64,000 nucleotides of DNA, from positions 832,001-896,000 of the forward strand of contig OY970359.1 in the NCBI GenBank assembly GCA_963718665.1, given 5' to 3'. The notes beneath the pieces were generated by a model. The model ran no database searches, had not been told where the DNA came from, and saw only the letters and a program-made list of their open reading frames with translations. This document shows positions 26,117 to 36,729 of this stretch, piece by piece. The position numbers were made by a program, and so were the translations under genes. How positions within the stretch are numbered: position 1 is the first letter of the stretch; the number at the start of each line of letters is the position of its first letter. This stretch comes from an uncultured Phycisphaerales bacterium (GTDB taxonomy: Bacteria > Planctomycetota > Phycisphaerae > Sedimentisphaerales > Anaerobacaceae).

Positions 26117-26527
26117 TTAGGCGATTTCCACTTCTGCGCCGGCGCTTTCGAGTTGTTTCTTGGCGGCCTCTGCCTCGTCCTTGCTTACGCCGGTCTTTAC
26201 CGGTTTCGGTGCGCCGTCAACCAGGTCCTTCGCTTCTTTGAGGCCCAGTGATGTCAATGCTCTGACTTCCTTGATGACCTGAATCTTCTTTTCGCCGGCT
26301 GCCTTGAGGATAACGTCAAACGTGCTCTTCACCGGTGCTGCCTCAGCCGCTGCTGCCGCCGGGCCTGCCATCATTACCGCGCCGCCCGCTGCCGGCTCTA
26401 TGCCGTATTCTTCCTTAAGATAGTCGCCAAGCTCCTTGGCCTGCATCAGCGTCAGCTTTACAATCGCGTCGCCAAGTTTCTTTGTTTCATCGCTCCAGCT
26501 CTTTGCCTGTTTTGTTTCTTCTGACAT
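26117..26527 (-). CDS. rplL: 50S ribosomal protein L7/L12
   Basis: Ala-rich hinge, [20 protein letters not shown]. Confidence 0.98.
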   Translation of the reverse strand: MSEETKQAKSWSDETKKLGDAIVKLTLMQAKELGDYLKEEYGIEPAAGGAVMMAGPAAAAAEAAPVKSTFDVILKAAGEKKIQVIKEVRALTSLGLKEAKDLVDGAPKPVKTGVSKDEAEAAKKQLESAGAEVEIA

Positions 26528-26644
26528 GTTCGTTAAACTCCTATATCAATTCGCCCGATGGTAGCCGGAACTACGCCGTCCCGTTTAACCCCGAAAATCC
26601 GGGGGCAGCCGTCTGAGCTGTTTGTATTCGTTTTGAGCCACCCC

Positions 26645-27187
26645 TTATGCGGCCTTGGTCTCCGATTTTTCGCTTTTGTCCACAATCGTCTTTATGCAGC
26701 CGGCGATTCTTCCGGCAGGTCCGCCAATTGCCCCGGCCAATCTCGCGGCCGGCGACTTGGCCAGCATAATAATCCTGCCCTGCAATTCCACCCGGCTCGG
26801 CATCTTTGAAAGCCCCTGTGCCCTCTTGTCATCCAGCGATGCGCCTTCGAGATACGCGCCTTTTATATGAATCGCCTTAACCTTGCCGGTCCAGACGCTC
26901 AATTCTTTTGCGACATCGACTATGCTGTCGCCACCGTACGCGACCACGCAAGGCCCGACGAAAAGCGACAATGCCGATTCCATCTTCAGCTTCGCCAGCG
27001 TCCTTTTCATAAGAGCGTTCTTAACGACCAACAGTTTAATGCCTTTGCTCTTGAGCGCACCGCGCATTACGTTGTTATCAACGCCGTTTACTTTCTGCGT
27101 GCTGATAACGATAAAATCGGTAACCTTTTCGTTAACGATTCTTTTTTCCAGTTCTGAACACAGTAAATCTTTTACGAACTTGCTCAT
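26645..27187 (-). CDS. rplJ: 50S ribosomal protein L10
   Basis: [17 protein letters not shown]; position between rplA and rplL. Confidence 0.93.
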   Translation of the reverse strand: MSKFVKDLLCSELEKRIVNEKVTDFIVISTQKVNGVDNNVMRGALKSKGIKLLVVKNALMKRTLAKLKMESALSLFVGPCVVAYGGDSIVDVAKELSVWTGKVKAIHIKGAYLEGASLDDKRAQGLSKMPSRVELQGRIIMLAKSPAARLAGAIGGPAGRIAGCIKTIVDKSEKSETKAA

Positions 27188-27263
27188 ATTTTCGCCTGCC
27201 TGATTCTTTCACAAACGCGTTATGCACAGCGAATCTCTGCGCACAACCAAAATTCAAATCCGC

Positions 27264-27945
27264 CTATACGACAACCAGCACGCCCGGGCTCATCGCCGCG
27301 TGAATGCTGATTTTCTTTATATAAGTTCCTTTTGAGCTTACCGGCTTAATCCTCTTGATATGCGCTATAACCGCATCGATGTTGTCTATCAGCTTCTGCG
27401 CATCAAAACTCACCTTGCCGACCACAACGTGGACGTTTCCGCCCGTGTCGTTTTTGAATTCGACCTTGCCCGCCGCGAACTCACGCACCGCGGTAGCAAC
27501 GTCGGCAGTTACCGTGCCGTTTTTGGGCGAGGGCATTTTGCCCTGCGGACCAAGAACCCGGCCCAGCTTGCCTACCTTGCCCATAACCTTCGTTGAGGCA
27601 ATCGCCACGTCGAAATCCGACCAACCGCCTGTTACCTTTGCAATCAGCTCGTCCACACCTACCTCGATGGCGCCCGCCTGTTTGGCTGCGTCGGCGTCTG
27701 CTCCTTCGCAAAACGCAATGACTTTCTTTTGCTGACCTATCCCGTGAGGCAGCGATAGCGCGCCGCGTATAATCTGGTCCGACTGCTTCGGGTCGATACC
27801 CAGCCAGAAATATTAACTGGACCGTCTGGTCAAACTTCGTTGAGTTAAACGTCTTAACCTTTGCTACCGCCTCAGCCAAACTAACCGGCGTATCGCTGGT
27901 CTTCTCTGCGTCTTTGCGGTATCTTTTGCCTCTGGTAATCGTCAT
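27264..27945 (-). CDS. rplA: 50S ribosomal protein L1 (one extra base at ~27808-27810, probable sequencing error)
   Basis: MTITRGKRY...KFDQTV joins LGIDPKQSDQIIRGALSLPHG...LGPQGKMPSPKNGT. Confidence 0.94.
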
Positions 27946-27983
27946 AATTTTATTTCTCGAATCGCCTTTGTTTTACTCTTCTA

Positions 27984-28438
27984 TTAATCTACAACGTCAA
28001 CGCCCATACTGCGAGCTGTCCCGCGGATAATCTTCTCCGCCTGGTCCAAACTGTACGCGTTGAGGTCTTTTATCTTCGCCTGTGCAATCTGCCGAACCTG
28101 CTCGGCTGTTACCTTGCCGACCTTTTCCTTGTTCGGCGTGCCGCTGCCCTTGGCAACGCCCGCTGCCTGTTTCAGCAATACCGCCGCCGGAGGACTCTTC
28201 ACCTCAAAGGTGAACGTCTTGTCCGTATATACGGATATCACCACCGGCACAGTCGTCCCGTTCAACTCTTTTGTCCGCTCGTTGAACTGCGAGACAAACT
28301 GCCCGATATTGACGCCGTGCTGGCCAATGCAGGACCAATCGGGGGGGCCGGGGTCGCCTGCCCGCCGGACGCCTGCAGTTTTATCTTAACCAATAATTCT
28401 TTTACGCCACCTCTTGCTGCCGGTTTTTCCTTTGCCAT
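27984..28438 (-). CDS. rplK: 50S ribosomal protein L11 (one base missing at ~28324, probable sequencing error)
   Basis: KLQASGGQATPAPPIGPAL then -1 shift into (G)QHGVNIGQF...KSPPAAVLL...GTARSMG. Confidence 0.94.
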
Positions 28439-28481
28439 TATTCAACCTCAAAACACGTCGCACTTCTTCGCCGAACAGGCC

Positions 28482-29024
28482 TTATGCCTTTTCAATTTGC
28501 CAATATTCGATATCCAGCGGAGTGCTTCGCCCGAATATTTCAACAATAACCTTTACAATGCCTCTGTCCTGGTCAATCGCCTCAACTGTTCCCTCGAAGC
28601 TCTCGAACGGACCTTCACGAATCTTAATCTGGTCGCCCTTCTTGAAATCAACCTTGATGCTCGGCGCCTCTTCGGGCTTTTCAACTTCCTGCATCATCTT
28701 GGCGACATCGGTATCCCGCATCGCCGTCGGAACACCTTCTGTCCCGACAAAATCGCCTACGCCGGGAATCTCTTTTATCACAAACCACACTTTTTCCTGA
28801 ACCTTCCCGTCTTCGGCGGTATTCATTTCCATAAAAACGTAGCCGGGGTACAGCTTTCGCTTGTGAACGGTCTGCTTATTGCCGCGAACCTTCTTGACCC
28901 TCTCGACGGGAACTTCTATCCTGCCGATAATGTCCGTCAGGCCGGCCGCGTTGACCTTCTGCGAAAGCACCTCTTTGACGTGCATCTCCTTATTGGATGC
29001 AACTCTCAGCACGTACCATTTCAT
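28482..29024 (-). CDS. nusG: transcription termination/antitermination factor NusG
   Basis: MKWYVLRV, KLYPGYVF, GPFESFEG KOW, IFGRSTP. Confidence 0.97.
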   Translation of the reverse strand: MKWYVLRVASNKEMHVKEVLSQKVNAAGLTDIIGRIEVPVERVKKVRGNKQTVHKRKLYPGYVFMEMNTAEDGKVQEKVWFVIKEIPGVGDFVGTEGVPTAMRDTDVAKMMQEVEKPEEAPSIKVDFKKGDQIKIREGPFESFEGTVEAIDQDRGIVKVIVEIFGRSTPLDIEYWQIEKA

Positions 29025-29080
29025 TAAAACGCCCCGACTCAATTACAAAAACGGCTTAAAACGGGCTTACGCCCGCGTTT

Positions 29081-29461
29081 TTACTGCACCAACCAGGTAA
29101 CGGACAGCTGTAAAACAAAATCCGCGATGCCCAGCAGCGTCGCCAAGAGAATCACCACCGAAATCACAACAATTGTCGAAACCGTTACTTCCTGTCTTGT
29201 TGACCAGTTTACTTTTTTCATTTCGCCTTCAGCGGCAATCATAAAATCCGCGATGCTTGGCCTGTTCATCAGCCACATAATCAAAACTGACAGGCCGATA
29301 AACAGTCCGACAGGCACCATCGTCGAAACCCACAGGCCGATATCCGCCGCATCGAGCGTTCGATAAAGCTGAAAACACCCTATCGCCACTATCAGCGCAC
29401 CGCTCAGGACGGTAAACATCCGCGTATATTTGCCCTGACCTCTTTTATATACACTCATCAT
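29081..29461 (-). CDS. secE: preprotein translocase SecE (3-TM form)
   Basis: YKRGQGKYTR, EGEMKKVNWSTRQE, between tRNA-Trp and nusG. Confidence 0.92.
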   Translation of the reverse strand: MMSVYKRGQGKYTRMFTVLSGALIVAIGCFQLYRTLDAADIGLWVSTMVPVGLFIGLSVLIMWLMNRPSIADFMIAAEGEMKKVNWSTRQEVTVSTIVVISVVILLATLLGIADFVLQLSVTWLVQ

Positions 29462-29579
29462 AATGCACCTGATTCCTTGCCTGAACGCTTTTTTGCCATC
29501 CCTGCCTTGCCCGCCCATAACCTCAATGCTTTATCAGGATAAAAGCGGTAGCTTTCGAGCGTCGGCGACTGGCCCACAC

Positions 29580-29652
29580 CAGGCCAGAAGGGAATCGAAC
29601 CCCCAACCTTCGGTTTTGGAGACCGACGCTCTGCCAATTGAGCTACTGGCCT
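29580..29652 (-). tRNA. tRNA-Trp(CCA), CCA end not encoded
   Basis: AGGCCAGTAGCTCAATTGGCAGAGCGTCGGTCTCCAAAACCGAAGGTTGGGGGTTCGATTCCCTTCTGGCCTG cloverleaf. Confidence 0.97.
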
Positions 29653-29677
29653 ATCATTGTCTCTGTACCAACCCGTA

Positions 29678-29845
29678 TTACTTACGCTTCAGCTTATGAG
29701 TCGTATGTTTTCGCTCGAACTTGCAGTACTTCTGTAGCTCCAGCTTCGGAGTGCCTTCAGCTACGCTGATATTGGTCCTGTAGTTTCGCTGCCCGCAGTC
29801 CTTGCATTCAAGCCAAACAAATTCTCTTTTACTTTTCTTAGCCAT
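29678..29845 (-). CDS. rpmG: 50S ribosomal protein L33
   Basis: Manual translation MAKKSKREFVWLECKDCGQRNYRT...KLELQKYCKFERKHTTHKLKRK*. Confidence 0.96.
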   Translation of the reverse strand: MAKKSKREFVWLECKDCGQRNYRTNISVAEGTPKLELQKYCKFERKHTTHKLKRK

Positions 29846-29877
29846 ACGACCCTGCTGTATTGTCCTTTATTCGTTCA

Positions 29878-31104
29878 CTAACCGATAACCTTGGTTACAA
29901 CGCCGGCGCCTACGGTCCTGCCGCCTTCACGAATGGCGAACCTCAGGCCTTCTTCCATCGCGATGGGCGATATAATCTCGACTTCCATAGCGATGTTATC
30001 GCCGGGCATACACATCTCAGCGGGCTTGCCTTCTCGGCTCTGAATGAGCTTGACTGAACCCGTTACGTCTGTCGTCCTGAAATAGAACTGCGGCTTATAT
30101 CCCGGGAAGAACGGAGAATGTCTTCCGCCTTCTTCTTTCGTCAGGACGTAAACCTCAGACATGAAATGCGTGTGCGGCGTGATGCTTCCCGGCTTAGCAA
30201 TAACCTGTCCGCGTTCGAGGTCTTTCTTTTCGACGCCTCTAAGCAGCAATCCGACGTTATCACCCGCCTGTCCTTCATCCAGCGTCTTGTTGAACATCTC
30301 AACGCCGGTAACTACGGTATTTCTGATTTCCTTTGACAGTCCGATTATGGACATTTCCTCGCCGACCTTGACAATGCCTCTTTCGATCCTGCCCGTGCCT
30401 ACGGTTCCCCTGCCCTTAATGCTGAATACGTCTTCGACGGGCATAAGGAACGGTTTATCAACCTGTCTCTGCGGAATTGGAATATACTCATCCATCGCCT
30501 TGAGCAGCTCAACAATAGGTGCACAAGCGGGGTCATCTATTGACTTGGCGGCAAGGGCCGCGGTCGATGAACCGCGAATAATCGGGGTTGTGTCGCCCGG
30601 AAACTCATATTTATTCAGGAGGTCTCTTACTTCCATCTCAACCAAGTCAACAAGCTCCTTGTCATCGACCAGGTCAACCTTGTTCAGGAACACAACAATC
30701 TTCGGCACGTTTACCTGACGGGCAAGCAGTATGTGCTCGCGGGTCTGGGGCATCGGGCCGTCATAAGCGCTGACTACCAGAATTGCGCCATCCATCTGGG
30801 CGGCGCCGGTTATCATGTTTTTCACGTAATCGGCGTGTCCCGGACAGTCAACGTGGGCATAATGACGATTTTCCGTCATATACTCGACGTGCGCGGTCGC
30901 AATCGTCAATATCTTTGTCGGGTCTCGCCGGCCCTGCGACTCAGAGGCCTTCGCTATATCATCATAGCTCTTAAACTTCGACAAACCCTTCAGTTCCATT
31001 ACCTTCGTCATCGCCGACGTCAGCGTCGTCTTGCCATGGTCGACGTGTCCAATCGTGCCGACGTTGACGTGGGGCTTAGTTCTCTCAAATACCGCCTTAG
31101 CCAT
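29878..31104 (-). CDS. tuf: elongation factor Tu
   Basis: [29 protein letters not shown]; carries [16 protein letters not shown] insertion form. Confidence 0.99.
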   Translation of the reverse strand: MAKAVFERTKPHVNVGTIGHVDHGKTTLTSAMTKVMELKGLSKFKSYDDIAKASESQGRRDPTKILTIATAHVEYMTENRHYAHVDCPGHADYVKNMITGAAQMDGAILVVSAYDGPMPQTREHILLARQVNVPKIVVFLNKVDLVDDKELVDLVEMEVRDLLNKYEFPGDTTPIIRGSSTAALAAKSIDDPACAPIVELLKAMDEYIPIPQRQVDKPFLMPVEDVFSIKGRGTVGTGRIERGIVKVGEEMSIIGLSKEIRNTVVTGVEMFNKTLDEGQAGDNVGLLLRGVEKKDLERGQVIAKPGSITPHTHFMSEVYVLTKEEGGRHSPFFPGYKPQFYFRTTDVTGSVKLIQSREGKPAEMCMPGDNIAMEVEIISPIAMEEGLRFAIREGGRTVGAGVVTKVIG

Positions 31105-31247
31105 GGTTTTACAAACCTCCTATCATTTGTTTCCTTTTAGTTTCCGTTTACTGTCCTACGCTGTTTTTAAATTTACGTTTTTATAAAATCAACTCACAGC
31201 CGGCCCTGACCACCAAGCCAACACGCCGGCCTGAAAACTCTGCACTT

Positions 31248-31320
31248 AGCTGCTGATGGGATTTGAACCCATGACCTCGTCCTTACCAAGGACGCACTCT
31301 ACCAACTGAGCTACAGCAGC
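31248..31320 (-). tRNA. tRNA-Thr(GGT), CCA end not encoded
   Basis: GCTGCTGTAGCTCAGTTGGTAGAGTGCGTCCTTGGTAAGGACGAGGTCATGGGTTCAAATCCCATCAGCAGCT cloverleaf. Confidence 0.97.
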
Positions 31321-31596
31321 AGTTTAAACATAATTTCTGCTTGCCCCGTTAGAAATCTGCGGTTCATTATAAAATCCCATATTACAATCTTTTCTAACGG
31401 GGCGAGCGCAAAAATACAGGCAGGAACTAAAAACAGTTCCCACGCTCGGCCGCAGGCCTCTAAAACCACGCCATCCTCTAATTCGGTCGAAACAACGTTT
31501 TGAACAGTGGAACAGTTGACCGCAGTTTCGCATTTTCACCTGCTCAACTGTTCAAATGCTCAACTGCTCTATTGGCCAAAGGCCAATGAGTAGGGT

Positions 31597-31625
31597 AGTT
31601 TACAAAAAACTGGGGCGTTCTGCAA
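31597..31625 (-). promoter_or_regulatory. probable sigma70 promoter for the tRNA-Thr-tuf supercluster
   Basis: TTGCAG-17 nt-TAAACT with A/T tracts upstream. Confidence 0.6.
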
Positions 31626-31725
31626 ACACAAAAAACAAAAAAAATAATATTTTTTTTAGACCCCCTCCATCTCCCTGGTTTTCAGATATTACTTTACCCC
31701 CTGACCAACGCTGATATCAGTATTG

Positions 31726-33975
31726 TTATCCGCCCGTATTTGGGTCCTCAGTCAAACCAAACCGTTTACTCCACCGGGCCAGGTTTTGACGCCACAAAGG
31801 CCGCTGATCAGATGCCTTGACCTTCCGCAGCGATTTCAAAACCATATTGGGCTCTGCCCCCCCTGACGGATTATCCAGAAACGCATCTATCGAGCGAACA
31901 ACCGCACTGTCGCCACCTAAGTCCTTTTCCAGTAAGGAATTACCTACAAGCAGTGTCGCCGCCTCCACCTTTGGCCAGCGCAGATACACATTTATTAATT
32001 GCCCTAAAATAATTTCTTTTTGCTCTTTGGTCCTCGCAGATTCCCGCAATTTGCCAAGATACTCCGCCGCTTGCTCAAATTGCCCCGATTTTGCGTAAAG
32101 CTGGGCAAGTTTTTCCCTTGTGGCTTTCACCATATCCGCCCTGTTTTCAGCAGCCACCTTGCGTTCCGCAAGCTCGAAAAACGATACATACTGCTCATCT
32201 GACAACTTACTATTGACCGACTGAGAATCAAACTTGCCGACCCAGCTTTCAATAACATTCGTATCGCAGTTGTTAAATATCTTCAGCATCGCCTGCCACG
32301 CCGATTTACCTTCCGAATTAGCCCCCACTTTGTCCCACAACCACAAAAGGTCGTCTTTACCTCCTATGTCCCCCGCAAGATCCATAACCCTGTCTCTGAT
32401 TATCTGGCTTTTGTCATTAACAAAATCTTTTGCCAGCAGTTTTAGCGCCCTGGGCTTGTCAACGCATATAAGTCCGTCAACTGCCGCCTCCCTTACCAAG
32501 TCGCTTTCATCGTTTAATGCCTGTTCAAAAATCGCAGCGAATCGTCTGGCTGACTCCGGCTTATAGGCGCTTTGTCCGCACAATCTCGCCATCGTCCCTA
32601 ACAAATCGCCACGCAGAGCGCTATTACTGTTTTGCTTGTCTCGGCTGTATCTTTCCACAAGCATATCCATATACATGGCGGCATCGTCATCCGAAAGCCC
32701 GCCCGGCTCAATCAGTTTCCTGATTACTTCCGCTCCCCTGTGCGCCTTTTTAGCATCCTCGTCATTGAGGTATCCGGCCGCCCATTCCAGCGTCTGCTTT
32801 CGAAGCTCAGGAGAAAGCTGGCTACCCGATGTCGGAACAAGCGCATAACGACACGCAGCCCCAAGGGCAACAAATAACTCCGTCTTTACTTCTTCGTCCT
32901 GCTCGACCTTGAATTGTTCCGCCAGCCGTTCCGCTGAGCTTAATTCACCCGTCAGCGAAAGCAGCTTCGCCGTCGCAAGACGAACGTCCCTGTTGTCGCT
33001 GGAAACCAGCTTTACCAAAACCGGCCCAAGCTCCGCGGGCAGTTTCGATTGCGTCCCAATCCGCCACTGCGACACTTTATCCAGCGCCCACAGCCGAATC
33101 ATAGATTCAGAATTGTTCAATTGCTCTACCAGAAATTTACCTCGCTGCCCATCGTCGCTGATTCCTTCATATATCCTGTCCAGCGAACCTAAATAAAGCT
33201 TTCGCCACTGGTCTCGTTCCTTCTCCAGGTCATTTACCCGTGATTCCTGCCGAATAAGCCAGTCGCGCTGAAACCGCTCCATTCCCTTCGTTCGCAGCTC
33301 GCTCAATATCTGCGCCCGTCTCCTCGCGTCTCTGCTGACGGGTACGCCTAACGACTGAAGCGCATCACCTGCGGCGTCTGAAACCTGCTTATCCTTATCC
33401 TCTACAAGCTCGGCTATCCGCGTTATAGCTCTTATATCGAGCTGCGCCTTCATCGCATATATCGCGTTTAATCGTGCCTTGACAGGCATCGATTCGTCCT
33501 TTGCCATTGGCTCCAGAACATTCGCTATCGCGTCATAATCGAAAATCAGCAATGCCTCTGCTGCGAATTTGGCGGGATTTCCTTCTTCCGTTTTCAAAAT
33601 ATTTGCCAACGGCTCAATAAAATCATTTTTGTTCTTTATCAGCCGCCTGGTCTCCCTGCTGACTGTCAGCGCCCTGCAAACCGCCATCCTCGCCTGCTTG
33701 TTTTCCGATTGGTTTAATGCTTCTATCAGTATCTGCCTTGCGCGGGTGCTATCGCTAAAAAGCATCACCGTAGCGGCATCCAGGCGAACGTCATCCGTCG
33801 CCCCTCTCAGCAACGCCTCCTGGTTTACCTTCAATTGCGTGTCCGTCTCACCGCTCGGCAATGTCTCCGCCAAAGGCGCAGGGGCAGGTATATTTGTATT
33901 CTCAACTCTCTTGGTCGCCCCCTGCTCGCATCCCGCCAATAATAATAAGATAACCAAATAATATCGTCGTATCAT
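31726..33975 (-). CDS. HEAT/ARM-repeat lipoprotein
   Basis: Signal peptide and lipobox MIRRYYLVILLLLAG/C; repeated VRxxAxxAL HEAT-like motifs; TPR-like stretch near C-terminus. Confidence 0.75.
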   Translation of the reverse strand: MIRRYYLVILLLLAGCEQGATKRVENTNIPAPAPLAETLPSGETDTQLKVNQEALLRGATDDVRLDAATVMLFSDSTRARQILIEALNQSENKQARMAVCRALTVSRETRRLIKNKNDFIEPLANILKTEEGNPAKFAAEALLIFDYDAIANVLEPMAKDESMPVKARLNAIYAMKAQLDIRAITRIAELVEDKDKQVSDAAGDALQSLGVPVSRDARRRAQILSELRTKGMERFQRDWLIRQESRVNDLEKERDQWRKLYLGSLDRIYEGISDDGQRGKFLVEQLNNSESMIRLWALDKVSQWRIGTQSKLPAELGPVLVKLVSSDNRDVRLATAKLLSLTGELSSAERLAEQFKVEQDEEVKTELFVALGAACRYALVPTSGSQLSPELRKQTLEWAAGYLNDEDAKKAHRGAEVIRKLIEPGGLSDDDAAMYMDMLVERYSRDKQNSNSALRGDLLGTMARLCGQSAYKPESARRFAAIFEQALNDESDLVREAAVDGLICVDKPRALKLLAKDFVNDKSQIIRDRVMDLAGDIGGKDDLLWLWDKVGANSEGKSAWQAMLKIFNNCDTNVIESWVGKFDSQSVNSKLSDEQYVSFFELAERKVAAENRADMVKATREKLAQLYAKSGQFEQAAEYLGKLRESARTKEQKEIILGQLINVYLRWPKVEAATLLVGNSLLEKDLGGDSAVVRSIDAFLDNPSGGAEPNMVLKSLRKVKASDQRPLWRQNLARWSKRFGLTEDPNTGG

Positions 33976-34087
33976 TATTCCAAGCATCTTTCCGAACTGA
34001 TTATTCATCATTACGTCCATCATCCCTGATAATAAGCCCAAATCGCCACACACGTCAACCGCCGATTCCGAAATAGTCCTATAAAAT

Positions 34088-35026
34088 CTACGGCCGCGGG
34101 TGATATTTCCTGTGAATCTCCCGCAATCTCTCATTATCAACGTGCGTGTAAATCTGCGTCGTCGATATATCCACGTGTCCAAGCATTTCCTGAACACTCC
34201 GTAAATCTGCCCCACCCGCCAGCAGGTGAGTAGCGAAACAGTGCCTCAGTGTATGCACAGTCAAATTTCTCGGCATGCCGGCACGTGCAGCGTATCTTTT
34301 TATAAGCCGCCAGATTTCGATACGCCCCATAGGCCTGCCTGTTCGGCTAAGGAGTAAAAAATCCCCGCTAAATGACTTTGCCAACCTGGGCCTCATATTT
34401 TTCAGATATTCCAGCGTCGCCGCTGCCGCAACCTTACCAAGCGGTATCACCCGCTCCCTGCTGCCCTTGCCGATACATCGCAAATATCCCACATCGAGAT
34501 TCAAATCCGCTATTTTCAAGCCCGCAACCTCGCTGGCCCGGACCCCGGTTGCGTAAAGCAATTCCAGCATCGCCTTATCGCGGAGGTAATACTTCTCCTT
34601 CGGCGAGGGCGCCGCCAGCAAATCCACCACCTGTTTTTTGCTGCATATTATTGGCAGCCGCTGCCAAAGCTTAGGCCCTTCCAGAATCCCCGTGAAATCA
34701 TCCTTAACCAGCCCGTTTAGCTTGCCGAACCGCAAAAACATCCGAATCGCCACCAATGCACGTTTGGCAGACGCCTCCGCCTTGTTATCCTTTGCCAGTA
34801 TCATCATATATTTCTGTATCAGGGCGGGTGTAATCTGTTTAATTTCGCTAATCTTGCCGGATTTACAGAACTCCAGGAAATCTCTCAAATCCCGCCCATA
34901 ACCCTGAATCGTGTTGTCAGACAATCCCCCTTCGACTGTCAGGTAGCTCAAAAAGTCCCGAACCAGCCGACCCAATGGCAATTCATCAAGTTTGCTTGTA
35001 ATTGTCTGTGTCTGGACTGAAGGCAT
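34088..35026 (-). CDS. xerD: site-specific tyrosine recombinase XerD
   Basis: LSDNTIQGYGRDL, ELLYATGVRASE, GKGSRER, HTLRHCFATHLL, LGHVDISTTQIYTH. Confidence 0.9.
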   Translation of the reverse strand: MPSVQTQTITSKLDELPLGRLVRDFLSYLTVEGGLSDNTIQGYGRDLRDFLEFCKSGKISEIKQITPALIQKYMMILAKDNKAEASAKRALVAIRMFLRFGKLNGLVKDDFTGILEGPKLWQRLPIICSKKQVVDLLAAPSPKEKYYLRDKAMLELLYATGVRASEVAGLKIADLNLDVGYLRCIGKGSRERVIPLGKVAAAATLEYLKNMRPRLAKSFSGDFLLLSRTGRPMGRIEIWRLIKRYAARAGMPRNLTVHTLRHCFATHLLAGGADLRSVQEMLGHVDISTTQIYTHVDNERLREIHRKYHPRP

Positions 35027-35154
35027 AGAAATTCCGCGCTAATACTATTATCAACTTCATCGACCATTATTCAAAAAACCCTTTAACACCGCTTGCCTCT
35101 TGCAATATAATCTTTCGCGGATGCCGAACTGGCGCAATGACTGAGGTATTAAAA

Positions 35155-35736
35155 ATGAATAAATCGATATTGAACAAACTGCTAACCTGCTCGCTGCTCT
35201 TTTGGCTCACCGGCTGTGCGCAAAACAAATACACAAAGACAATAGAGCAGCTCTGCCCGCCTGCCACGAATAAAACAGCCGCAATGACAACAGCGGAACG
35301 GGTGCTTGCCGAGATGCGCTTCAGTATTGAAAAATTCGACGTTAATGTGGGCTACATAAGAACCGCCCCCTTGTCGGGAGCGCAGTCATTCGAGTTCTGG
35401 CGAGCCGACAGCGTCGGCTCATTCAACCGGACCGAAGCCGACATGCAAAGTATCCGCAGGGCAGTCGAAATCAACATAAGCGAACAGGCCGGCCAACTAT
35501 GCATCGATTGCAGAGCAACCACGCAGCGATTAAGCTTGCCTCAAAGTCAAACCGCGACAGACCAGCAAACTGTAATGGCAAACCAAGAAAGGGACGTAAA
35601 AACGCTCAAACTAAGCCACGAGCAAAAAACAATCCCGACATGGACAGACCTCGGCAGAGACAATCAATTAGAAACAGAGATTTTGAAACGCATAGAGAAA
35701 CAACTCGCAGCGACTAAGAAGGAATCAAACAAATGA
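35155..35736 (+). CDS. hypothetical lipoprotein
   Basis: Lipobox LLFWLTG/C; stop overlaps galE start (ATGA). Confidence 0.7.
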   Translation: MNKSILNKLLTCSLLFWLTGCAQNKYTKTIEQLCPPATNKTAAMTTAERVLAEMRFSIEKFDVNVGYIRTAPLSGAQSFEFWRADSVGSFNRTEADMQSIRRAVEINISEQAGQLCIDCRATTQRLSLPQSQTATDQQTVMANQERDVKTLKLSHEQKTIPTWTDLGRDNQLETEILKRIEKQLAATKKESNK

Positions 35737-36716
35737 GAATACTCGTCGCCGGCGGAGCCGGGTATATCGGAAGTAATATGACGGCAATGCTGGCCGCCGA
35801 AGGCCATCAGTCCGTCATCTACGACAACCTCAGCAAGGGACATACGGCCGCGATAAAAGAATGCGAGTTCGTTAAAGGCGATTTGGCGGATTTCAACCTG
35901 CTGACCGTGACCCTTAAAAAACATAAAATCGAAACCGTGATGCACTTCGCCGCGTTCATCGAGGCGGGCGAATCAGTAATCAATCCCCTCAAGTATTATC
36001 AAAATAACGTTTCAAATACCCAAGTGGTTCTTAGCGCGATGGAATCAGCGGGCGTCGGTAAATTTGTATTCAGCAGCACCGCCGCGGTTTACGGAATGCC
36101 CGACAAGCAGCCCATTACGGAAGATTTGCAGACGCACCCAATCAACCCATACGGCGAAACAAAATTGGCCGCCGAAAAAATGTGTCACCATCAGGCCAAG
36201 GCGGGCAAACTGCATTATGTTTCGTTGCGATACTTCAACGCCTGCGGCGCAGGCAATAACTGTACCCTTGGAGAAGACCATAAGCCCGAATCGCATTTAA
36301 TCCCGCTGACGATTTTCGCCGCGATGGGAAAAATGGACGCAATCAAAATCTTCGGCACCGATTACCCTACCGACGACGGCACCTGCGTCCGCGATTATAT
36401 CCATATCGAAGACCTCTGTCTGGCGCATCTGCTCGCGTTGAAAAAACTCGATAAGCAGCCCGAATCGATTTACAACCTGGGGATAGGAAAGGGCTATTCT
36501 GTTCGGCAGGTCATTGATACGGTAAAAAAGGTGTCGGGGAAAAACTTCAAGGTCATCGAATCGCCCCGCAGGCCCGGTGACCCGCCGGCGCTTGTCTGCG
36601 ATTCCGCCAAAGCCAGAACCGAACTCGGCTGGCAGCCCAAATGGACCGACCTCGAAAAAATCGTCGCCTCCGCCTGGAAGTGGCACAGTAAACACCCCGA
36701 TGGGTACACCGAATAA
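35733..36716 (+). CDS. galE: UDP-glucose 4-epimerase
   Basis: GGAGYIGS, HFAAFIEAGES, FSSTAAVYG, YGETK, LRYFNACGA, DGTCVRDYIH. Confidence 0.96.
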   Translation: MRILVAGGAGYIGSNMTAMLAAEGHQSVIYDNLSKGHTAAIKECEFVKGDLADFNLLTVTLKKHKIETVMHFAAFIEAGESVINPLKYYQNNVSNTQVVLSAMESAGVGKFVFSSTAAVYGMPDKQPITEDLQTHPINPYGETKLAAEKMCHHQAKAGKLHYVSLRYFNACGAGNNCTLGEDHKPESHLIPLTIFAAMGKMDAIKIFGTDYPTDDGTCVRDYIHIEDLCLAHLLALKKLDKQPESIYNLGIGKGYSVRQVIDTVKKVSGKNFKVIESPRRPGDPPALVCDSAKARTELGWQPKWTDLEKIVASAWKWHSKHPDGYTE

Positions 36717-36729
36717 AGGATACGTGCAA

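Noticed and set aside
31322..31350. dif-like half site (TTTAAACATAA) near xerD
   Set aside because: Only one arm resembles the XerD box; no XerC arm, and the location beside the ribosomal cluster is atypical
33976..34215. 80-aa N-terminal extension of the HEAT protein in the ORF track
   Set aside because: Overlaps xerD; the signal peptide and lipobox indicate a start at 33975
34088..35026. Tyrosine recombinase as a prophage or island integrase
   Set aside because: Length, motifs and host-like composition fit housekeeping XerD; no att site or cargo adjacent
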